14,644 nt of DNA from Candidatus Dadabacteria bacterium (GTDB lineage: Bacteria; Desulfobacterota_D; UBA1144; Nemesobacterales; CSP1-2). Below are positions 1 to 6,527 of the stretch, piece by piece. The translations under genes and the position numbers were made by a program. The stretch covers positions 56,752-71,395 of the forward strand of contig PSLL01000002.1 of the NCBI GenBank assembly GCA_040289575.1, given 5' to 3'. The notes below the pieces were generated by a model, which saw only the letters and a program-made list of their open reading frames with translations, had not been told where the DNA came from and ran no database searches. Numbering within the stretch: the stretch's first letter is position 1; each line of letters begins with the position of its first letter.

Positions 1-2
1 TT

Positions 3-767
3 GCAGGTGCAGCCGTATCTACAAAGTGGAACGGTCTGTATGCCGTTGAGTTTCTGGGATTTATTGCGTTTCTTGTGATTTTCTATAGAGAATGGGTGGT
101 CAATGCGCAAAGAAAAGACTCTCCTATCTTTGTAGCCTTAAAAATACTGCCCCGAATCATATCCATTTTTATCTTAATTCCAATTGGGATATATATGCTT
201 GTTCATCTCCCGTTTTTTCTTTATGGGAATTCCCTTGGTGATTTCATATACCTTCAAAAGAGTATGTATGCCTACCATAAGGACCTCAATGCGACACACC
301 CATACGCTTCCCTATGGTGGAAATGGCCCCTTCTTCTTAGACCAGTCTATTTATACCTTGAGAGTAATGGACAGGAGAGCGCACATATATATACAATCGG
401 AAACCCGCTTATATGGTGGACGGGATGCGTGTTTCTCATATTGGGTGTGATTGAGGTAATACGCAAGGAACTGCCTGGTCTTGCCTTTGCGATACTTAGC
501 GTTTTTGCATACTGGCTTCCCTGGGCGCTTTCACTGAGAAAGCTCGTGTTTATCTACCATTTTCTCCCATCGCTTCCCTTTGTCATTCTTATAATCGCAT
601 ATTTTCTCAATCTCATCTGGGCGAGGGCTAGGTACGGAAGGGTTTTTGTCGTCGTCTATCTTGTCGCCGCTTTGGGTATGTTTGTGTATTTCTATCCTAT
701 AATTGCGGCGGTTCCGATTTCAAATGATTCCCTTGGTCGTTTCTTTTGGCTAAAATCGTGGAGATAG
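3..767 (+). CDS. Dolichyl/polyprenyl-phosphate-mannose-protein mannosyltransferase (PMT/GT39-like), 5'-truncated by window edge
   Basis: The frame is open from position 3 (AGAAVSTKWNGLYAVEF...), so the ORF-track start at 75 is internal. Contains the KW.G motif and C-terminal motifs typical of bacterial PMTs (HPYASLWWKWPLLLRPV, IGNPLIWW, FIYHFLPSLPF, YFYPI), plus several hydrophobic helices. Stop TAG at 765-767. Confidence 0.85.
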   Translation, partial: AGAAVSTKWNGLYAVEFLGFIAFLVIFYREWVVNAQRKDSPIFVALKILPRIISIFILIPIGIYMLVHLPFFLYGNSLGDFIYLQKSMYAYHKDLNATHPYASLWWKWPLLLRPVYLYLESNGQESAHIYTIGNPLIWWTGCVFLILGVIEVIRKELPGLAFAILSVFAYWLPWALSLRKLVFIYHFLPSLPFVILIIAYFLNLIWARARYGRVFVVVYLVAALGMFVYFYPIIAAVPISNDSLGRFFWLKSWR

Positions 768-812
768 CCGCTGACATGTCTTTCTATGCGTTCTCTGCGG
801 CTAAAATGAGAA

Positions 813-1439
813 TTGATAAACACATTTAGAAGATCAGATATCCTAAGCAGTGTTATACTTGGAGAGATTGTTGCGGTGTTTCTCATCTTAATCTCAAAGA
901 GTCTTGAGCGAGATATTCCGATATTCGATGTTTTTATAAAGTCTCGGTGGCTAATCCTCATATCTGTTCCCGCCCTTGTGACACTTTCGGTCTATGTGGC
1001 ATTTTGTTTAGGACGGAGGCGCCCTGTGTTATTTCAGTTTGGGAAGTTTATTATTATTGGTGTTGCAAATACAGCCATAGATTTTGGGATACTCAATCTC
1101 TTAATATTTCTTACAGGCATAGAAAGGGGGCATCTCTATTCCGTTTTTAAATCCATCTCTTTCATATTCGGGATTATAAACAGCTATTTGTGGAATAAGT
1201 TTTGGACATTTAAGAGCACCGAAAACAAATGGGCGGGAAGGCAATTCATTCGTTTTATTTCGATAAGCCTAGTCGGATTTGGAATCAATGTGGCTACTGC
1301 CTCTTTTGTCGTAAACTTTATAGGGCCTGTGGGTGGAATCTCCACAAGGCTCTGGGCAAATATCGGTGCATGTGTGGCTATAGTAGTTTCAGTTTTCTGG
1401 AATTTCTTCGGATATAAATTCATGGTCTTTGAAATGTAA
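813..1439 (+). CDS. GtrA-family membrane protein (putative lipid-linked sugar translocase) with N-terminal hydrophobic extension
   Basis: GtrA-like motifs QFGKFIIIGVANTAIDFGIL, NSYLWNKFWTF, QFIRF and WNFFGYKFMVF. 208 aa. TTG start, exact start uncertain. Confidence 0.85.
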   Translation: MINTFRRSDILSSVILGEIVAVFLILISKSLERDIPIFDVFIKSRWLILISVPALVTLSVYVAFCLGRRRPVLFQFGKFIIIGVANTAIDFGILNLLIFLTGIERGHLYSVFKSISFIFGIINSYLWNKFWTFKSTENKWAGRQFIRFISISLVGFGINVATASFVVNFIGPVGGISTRLWANIGACVAIVVSVFWNFFGYKFMVFEM

Positions 1440-1457
1440 GAGCCCTCGAATCTCCCA

Positions 1458-2654
1458 TTAATACCCTACCCATCCGAATTTATTAATCCACAGAACCCCC
1501 CATAGATTCACCAAAATCCCGATGCATATGAGTATCTTGTGATACCATCTTATCCTATCTCGCATTCCTTTTACCGTAAGTAAGAACAAAAATGGGTAGA
1601 AATCCATAGCAAACCTATACCCGAATTGGGCAAAACCCCAAGTGCCGTGTGTAAATTCCAAAAACGCTATTGGAATAATCGAGAGCCAACATCCGACGGT
1701 AATCCTGTTTCTTATATCAGCAAATAGGGCGTAGATAAATGCGGGGGTTGTAATCCAGATTGCCATTCCTGTCCATGAGGGCATAACATATGGGAATTTT
1801 GGGAGAAAAATTGGCAGTCCCGCAAATATTACCTTGAGATGACGCGGTATGTATGTAATATCAAATATGCCCTTTTTATACCAGGGTTCTTTAAGTATGC
1901 CCGGTATTAGATAATAGGAAACATCTAGAGGGGTGCCGAATCTGAGAAGATTATAAATGGAGTTTAGAAAGACAAATATGCCGACTCCGAGTCCTAGATA
2001 AAAAAGGGGCTTCGGGTCAATCCTTTTATTTTTAAGACACCTATCAGAGAGCATAACTACGAAGAAGGGTAAAGAAAAAATAGTGGGTAGACGAGACCAG
2101 TATGAGGCTCCTATTAGAAGGCCGACTAAAAAAGGGTGCTGGCCTTTGAGTGTTGCATATATTGCGAGAAATAGAAACCCAACCGATGTCACCTGTGAGA
2201 AAGTCCAGACACCACCTGCAGTGGCGATCCACCAGTGTATGGTGCCGAATCCAAACATTACCGTCGCCCAGAGCCTTACACTGCGGTTTTTGGTTATCTC
2301 TCCTGTGACCAAGAATATAAGAGCGACATTCAGGCTTCCAATAATTATTGAGGCAAGGGTCTGGTCTGTAGATAGCCCGAAGATATATACGAATGGCAGG
2401 AGAAGAATTGCAGGCATTGGGGGTGGGACGATGTAGTACTTGCCGTCTTTTGGGACTAGTTCAAGCCATTTTACCCTCTCTGTAAGGTAGAGCCTTCCGT
2501 GAATGAATGCGTCGGCGAGTCGGACAAAATTGTTATAAGGGGTTGGATGCCCATCGGTTGTAAAATAGTAGGCTAGAAATGTAATTGCAAAGAGAAGCAG
2601 AGGGGTAATTATAGAGAACCATTTACCCTTAAATACGGACCCATTGGTTTGCAT
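1458..2654 (-). CDS. Polytopic membrane protein, putative GT-C-fold glycosyltransferase (paralog A, 398 aa, intact)
   Basis: Many hydrophobic segments. Motifs shared with B and C: LADAFxHGRL, PPMPAILL, FGFGTIHW, GASYWSRLP, YNxLRFxTP, TTPAFIY, QFGYRxAxDFYPF. ATG at 2654 (MQTNG) preferred over the GTG at 2699 because GGAGAAGG lies upstream and it does not overlap the restored stop of paralog B. The glycosyltransferase function is inferred from topology and context. Confidence 0.7.
   Translation of the reverse strand: MQTNGSVFKGKWFSIITPLLLFAITFLAYYFTTDGHPTPYNNFVRLADAFIHGRLYLTERVKWLELVPKDGKYYIVPPPMPAILLLPFVYIFGLSTDQTLASIIIGSLNVALIFLVTGEITKNRSVRLWATVMFGFGTIHWWIATAGGVWTFSQVTSVGFLFLAIYATLKGQHPFLVGLLIGASYWSRLPTIFSLPFFVVMLSDRCLKNKRIDPKPLFYLGLGVGIFVFLNSIYNLLRFGTPLDVSYYLIPGILKEPWYKKGIFDITYIPRHLKVIFAGLPIFLPKFPYVMPSWTGMAIWITTPAFIYALFADIRNRITVGCWLSIIPIAFLEFTHGTWGFAQFGYRFAMDFYPFLFLLTVKGMRDRIRWYHKILICIGILVNLWGVLWINKFGWVGY
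1480..1529. repeat. 50-bp inverted repeat copy (partner 6365-6414), 2 mismatches, 32-bp perfect core (1480-1511)
   Basis: Reverse complement atatgcatcgggattttggtgaatctatggggggttctgtggattaataa versus 6365-6414 atatgcattgggattttagtgaatctatggggggttctgtggattaataa. Confidence 0.85.
1712..1757. repeat. 46-bp inverted repeat copy (partner 6137-6182), 2 mismatches
   Basis: Reverse complement tggattacaacccccgcatttatctacgccctatttgctgatataa versus tggatcacaacccccgcatttatctatgccctatttgctgatataa. Confidence 0.85.
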
Positions 2655-3906
2655 GTTCCGATTTTCGCCTTCTCCAATCAATCCCAAAGACTCGCCCACC
2701 CGAACTTATTAATCCACAAGACTCCCATAGATTCACAAGGATACCGAGACAAATAAGTAGCTTGTGTTCACGCGTCAAATTAGAATCCGTTCCCAAAGTG
2801 GATTTTATTCCAAGTGCGGTAAGCATAAGTAAAAACGGATAGAAATCTAATGCAAAACGGTAGCCGAACTGGATCCAGCCGACCCCGCCGTGTGTAAACT
2901 CCAGAAGGGCTGTAGGGATAATAGCCGACCAGCAGGCAAGGGCAATCTTGTTTCTTCCCGCAAAAATCGAGTATATAAAAGCCGGCGTCGTAATTAGAAT
3001 TGACATACCCATCAGTGAGGGCACTACATAGGGCGGCTTAGATGTGAAAACCGGTGGTTTTAAAAAAAAGATCCAAAGGTGCTTTGGGATATATGAGATA
3101 CTAAAAAGCCCTTTTGGATACCACCACGGCTCCAATTTAGCCTCTATGGAATAGGCAATATCGAAGGGTGTGCCGAATCGAAGATAGTTGTATGCAAAGT
3201 TCAAAATAACAAATATTCCCACACCCAATCCCAATTTGAGGAGTGGGATAAGATTAATTCTTAGGAAAGACGGCTTGTTGGATTTCTTAAGCCACTTATC
3301 AGAGAGCATAATGAGAAAGAATGGAAGGGATAGAATTGTAGGAAGTCTAGACCAATAAGATGCCCCGAGGAGAAGTCCGATCAAAAATGGGCGTCGGTTT
3401 GTAAATGTCTCGTATATAGCCAGTGTAAGGAAGAGAAAAGACACTACATGGGCAAGATACCAGCCCTTGCCAATGCTTGCGAGGTACCAGTGAATCGTTC
3501 CGAATCCGAAAAGAATAGACATCCAAATCTGTAATCTTCTATTGTTGGTGAGTTGTCTCATAACCAGATAAGATAGAGAAACATTTAAGCTCCCCCAGAA
3601 AACAGAGGCTAGTGTTTGATTGGCATTAAGCCCAGAGATCGCAACCTGCGGTAGAAGAAGAATGGCCGGCATAGGAGGATAGATAACATAGAACCTTCCA
3701 TTTATAGGTATAAGCTCGTTTAACCAGAGTGGTTTTTCCAAAACATATAGTCTTCCATGCAGAAAGGCGTGTGCAAGCGGCACAAAGTAATTATATGGTG
3801 TTGCTCCCCCTTCACCGGTAATGTAATAGACAATGAAGGTTAATATGAAGAAAATGAGAGCAACTGAAATGTGGGAGCGGCTTTTTAGGAGCGATAGAAA
3901 TTTCAT
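2629..3906 (-). CDS. Putative GT-C-fold glycosyltransferase (paralog B); apparent 1-nt frameshift near the 3' end, restored stop at 2678-2680
   Basis: Colinear with paralogs A and C up to ILVNLW, then diverges (ESCGLISS...). Adding one G at the run 2724-2726 restores GVLWINKFGWASLWD-TGA (409 aa). Confidence 0.72.
   Translation of the reverse strand: MKFLSLLKSRSHISVALIFFILTFIVYYITGEGGATPYNYFVPLAHAFLHGRLYVLEKPLWLNELIPINGRFYVIYPPMPAILLLPQVAISGLNANQTLASVFWGSLNVSLSYLVMRQLTNNRRLQIWMSILFGFGTIHWYLASIGKGWYLAHVVSFLFLTLAIYETFTNRRPFLIGLLLGASYWSRLPTILSLPFFLIMLSDKWLKKSNKPSFLRINLIPLLKLGLGVGIFVILNFAYNYLRFGTPFDIAYSIEAKLEPWWYPKGLFSISYIPKHLWIFFLKPPVFTSKPPYVVPSLMGMSILITTPAFIYSIFAGRNKIALACWSAIIPTALLEFTHGGVGWIQFGYRFALDFYPFLLMLTALGIKSTLGTDSNLTREHKLLICLGILVNLWESCGLISSGGRVFGIDWRRRKSEHANQWVRI
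3335..3462. repeat. Perfect 128-bp inverted repeat, left copy (partner 5660-5787), inside paralog B
   Basis: Manual base-by-base comparison of the reverse complement: tggtatcttgcccatgtagtg...tctagacttcctacaat is identical. Encodes WYLAHVVSFLFLTLAIYETFTNRRPFLIGLLLGASYWSRLPT. Confidence 0.95.
3655..3702. repeat. Perfect 48-bp inverted repeat, left copy (partner 5420-5467), inside paralog B
   Basis: Reverse complement is aatggaaggttctatgttatctatcctcctatgccggccattcttctt, encoding NGRFYVIYPPMPAILL. Confidence 0.93.
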
Positions 3907-4020
3907 GAATGCCGAGTCTCAAAATTATTTTTATTATGGGTTCCCCCTAACCCACAATGACTTTACAGAAGATTATTCGGAGCACTATAAATATAGCCTT
4001 ATTATTCCAAGCCCACAACA

Positions 4021-5124
4021 TTAAAAAGCCCACCTCCCTTGTATGAATAGGGATAGAAACAAGCCAAAGAACAGGAGTGAAAAAAAGGTGATTAAATAAT
4101 TTACCCCTCTGATTCTGCCGAACAATGAAATGGCGATAAAAAGGGGAAACATAGAGAGTGTGTAACGGGGTATGCTTAGCCAAAATGAGGTTGATGTTAC
4201 AATCAGCCATGTGATGAGCATATATATACCGTATGAAATACGGAGGCGTATACCTACCCATATGGTTAAGAGAAACCCCAAAATCCCGAATATGGCCTCA
4301 GCCCAGCCTACAAGTATTGAATCGGCTGGTGAGCGCCACAGGATACTGCCCAAAGCGCCCAAGAATCCTCTCCACGGAAGATCAAGCGTCTTTGCCCAGT
4401 GTTCTCTTTGGATTTGGAGGAACTCAAAAGGATTGCCGAAGGCTATGTAATTAACGGCTAGATACAATAGAAAACCCAGTGGAATAAGAGACAGCCAAAG
4501 AATGTCCTTCTTTATGCTTCTTATGTGAAACCCCTTTTGGAATATGTACTCTAGTATAAGGGCGGGTAGCAATATAATCCCTGTGATCCTGGTTAAAGAG
4601 GCGGGCATTCCAATAAGGCCAGAAAGCCACCATCTTCCTTTTCTTCCATAGTAGAAGCTCGCGATTGTAAGGGCCAGAAAAAGGCTTTCCGTGTAACCGG
4701 CATGTAGAAAATAAGATGTCGGAAATATGGAGAAGTAAAATACCGTTCTCAGAGCAGTTTCTTCCGGATAATCTAAAAGGGTCAGCTTATAAAGGTAGAA
4801 GGCGGCAGAGGCGTATGCGAGATTTGAGACTATGAGGGCAGAGAGCATATAGTCCCTAAATATAAAGGCAAAGAGCCTTATGAGAATTGGATAAAATGGA
4901 AGAAAAACAATACGCAGGTATCTTTCACCTATAATTGTATTTGAATATCCTCTTTGTGCGATATCGAGATAATGCGCTGTATCCCATCGATTCCAGATTG
5001 TAATCAGTGACGGAGGGATTTCATTTTGTAGAATTATAAAGACTAAGTAGGAGAAGAGAAATGTTCCAATCGTTGTGATAACTATTATGGAGGCGAGTTC
5101 TTTGGTTGGTCTTCGGTCATTCAT
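4021..5124 (-). CDS. PIG-V-like (GT76 / Mannosyl_trans2-like) membrane mannosyltransferase
   Basis: Motifs RWDTAHYLDIAQRGY, FLPFYP, FPTSYFLHAGYTESLFLAL, TRITG, F.QIQREHW and SIPRY; multi-pass hydrophobic protein of 367 aa. Confidence 0.82.
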   Translation of the reverse strand: MNDRRPTKELASIIVITTIGTFLFSYLVFIILQNEIPPSLITIWNRWDTAHYLDIAQRGYSNTIIGERYLRIVFLPFYPILIRLFAFIFRDYMLSALIVSNLAYASAAFYLYKLTLLDYPEETALRTVFYFSIFPTSYFLHAGYTESLFLALTIASFYYGRKGRWWLSGLIGMPASLTRITGIILLPALILEYIFQKGFHIRSIKKDILWLSLIPLGFLLYLAVNYIAFGNPFEFLQIQREHWAKTLDLPWRGFLGALGSILWRSPADSILVGWAEAIFGILGFLLTIWVGIRLRISYGIYMLITWLIVTSTSFWLSIPRYTLSMFPLFIAISLFGRIRGVNYLITFFSLLFFGLFLSLFIQGRWAF

Positions 5125-5419
5125 TTTTTTTATAGAAAAGAAGGCTTTTTTAATTTATCATTGACCTATGCAATTTCAATAATATAGGAGGTTCAATTAT
5201 TTTATTGATATGGGGCTCTCGAGATTTGTAAACAGTAATTGCTTCCCGTTTTTTATCGCTTTCACATTTTTTATACTGGCTTTCTTGATTTACTCCGCAA
5301 CGGGGCCTGGCTTTCCGACCCCTTATAATTATTTCACATGGCTTGCAGATGCGTTTCTCCACGGGAGATTGGGTCTTACAAAAGCCTCATCTATTTATCT
5401 CGGCGAACTAATACCTTCT

Positions 5420-5467
5420 AATGGAAGGTTCTATGTTATCTATCCTCCTATGCCGGCCATTCTTCTT
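5420..5467. repeat. Perfect 48-bp inverted repeat, right copy (partner 3655-3702), inside paralog C
   Basis: Direct sequence comparison; same symmetry axis as the 128-bp pair (coordinate sums 9122). Confidence 0.93.
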
Positions 5468-5659
5468 ATGCCATTTGTCGCCGTATGGGGTCCGACATTT
5501 AATCAGACCCTCGGATCGGTGCTTTTTGGGAGTCTGAATGTATCTCTGTTTTATATTCTTATGGGGAGATTGACACAGGATTTAAGGATTCAAATCTGGA
5601 TGACACTACTTTTTGGTTTCGGTACAATCCACTGGTATATTGCCTCAGTGGGTTCGGCT

Positions 5660-5787
5660 TGGTATCTTGCCCATGTAGTGTCTTTTCTCTTCCTTACACT
5701 GGCTATATACGAGACATTTACAAACCGACGCCCATTTTTGATCGGACTTCTCCTCGGGGCATCTTATTGGTCTAGACTTCCTACAAT
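5660..5787. repeat. Perfect 128-bp inverted repeat, right copy (partner 3335-3462), inside paralog C
   Basis: Direct sequence comparison; identity stops abruptly on both sides. Confidence 0.95.
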
Positions 5788-6136
5788 ACTTAGCCTGCCG
5801 TTTTTTATTATAATGCTTTCCGATATGTGGCTTCTTAAATCAAAAGAGGGTTCAATCTTAGGGAAGATTAATCTAAAGCCCCTTATCCGGCTCGGCTCGG
5901 GGGTCGGGGTATTTGTTCTGGTTAATTTTACATATAATTTCTTGAGATTTCACACCCCCTTTGATGTTGCCTATTTCATGTCCGGTATTGATACCCCATC
6001 CCATGAGCCTTGACTTAATAAGGGTCCATTTAGTCTTTCATATATCCGTTATCATCTCTCAATCATCTTGGCAAAACCCCCTGTTTTTACCAATGAGCCT
6101 CCATATGTTCTTCCATCATTAGTCGGTATGTCTATA

Positions 6137-6182
6137 TGGATCACAACCCCCGCATTTATCTATGCCCTATTTGCTGATATAA
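6137..6182. repeat. 46-bp inverted repeat copy (partner 1712-1757)
   Basis: 44/46 identical by manual comparison. Confidence 0.85.
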
Positions 6183-6364
6183 AGAGCAAAATAACCCTAG
6201 CCTGCTGGTCTGGTATTATTCCGATTGCTTTCCTTCTTTTTACAAAAAACGGAACCGGATGGACCCAGTTTGGTTATAGATACGCAATGGATTTTTATCC
6301 GTTTTTACTCTTACTAACGGTTAATGGGATCGGCGATAGGATAATGTGGCACCACAGGCTGGCT

Positions 6365-6414
6365 ATATGCATTGGGATTTTAGTGAATCTATGGGGGGTT
6401 CTGTGGATTAATAA
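6365..6414. repeat. 50-bp inverted repeat copy (partner 1480-1529)
   Basis: 48/50 identical by manual comparison; same axis as the 46-bp pair (coordinate sums 7894). Confidence 0.85.
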
Positions 6415-6447
6415 GTTTGAGTGGTTTAGGTGGAGATAGTCGAAGAA

Positions 6448-6476
6448 TTGACCTCTCTGACTATCTTGTGTATTTT
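6448..6476 (+). promoter_or_regulatory. Candidate sigma70-type promoter for the CPBP protease gene
   Basis: TTGACC (6448-6453), 17-nt spacer, TATTTT (6471-6476) in the 88-bp intergenic gap. Pattern match only. Confidence 0.35.
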
Positions 6477-6527
6477 TAAGGTCTCATCTTTTTAGGCGGT
6501 TTTTGTCTTCTCTTCTCGGACTGATTT

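Larger units (their letters stand above)
5210..6439 (+). pseudogene. Putative GT-C-fold glycosyltransferase (paralog C) interrupted by in-frame TGA at 6011-6013
   Basis: ORFs 5210-6013 and 6068-6439 are in the same frame. Read-through gives HEP*LNKGPFSLSYIRYHLSIILAKPPVF, which aligns with EPWYKKGIFDITYIPRHL (A) and EPWWYPKGLFSISYIPKHL (B). Full length would be 409 aa. Confidence 0.8.

Noticed and set aside
758..770. GTGGAGATAGnCG shared by the 3' ends of the PMT gene and paralog C (6430-6442)
   Set aside because: Only 12 of 13 nt match and both encode W-R-stop; compatible with chance.
2042..2056. 15-bp direct match tatcagagagcataa between paralogs A and B (near 3297-3311)
   Set aside because: Too short to distinguish from conserved coding (MLSD).
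2655..2699. N-terminal extension MGESLGLIGEGENRN of paralog A and a 71-bp overlap with B
   Set aside because: Explained by an upstream GTG plus the frameshift in B; the corrected arrangement has no overlap.
6011..6013. Alternative genetic code (TGA=Trp/Gly) or selenocysteine at the in-frame TGA
   Set aside because: The long genes nadE and gltB have no in-frame TGA at Trp positions, TGA serves as the stop at 7131-7133 and at the restored end of B, and the homologous residue is Trp rather than Cys.
6068..6439. Separate 123-aa gene
   Set aside because: It is the in-frame C-terminal part of paralog C.
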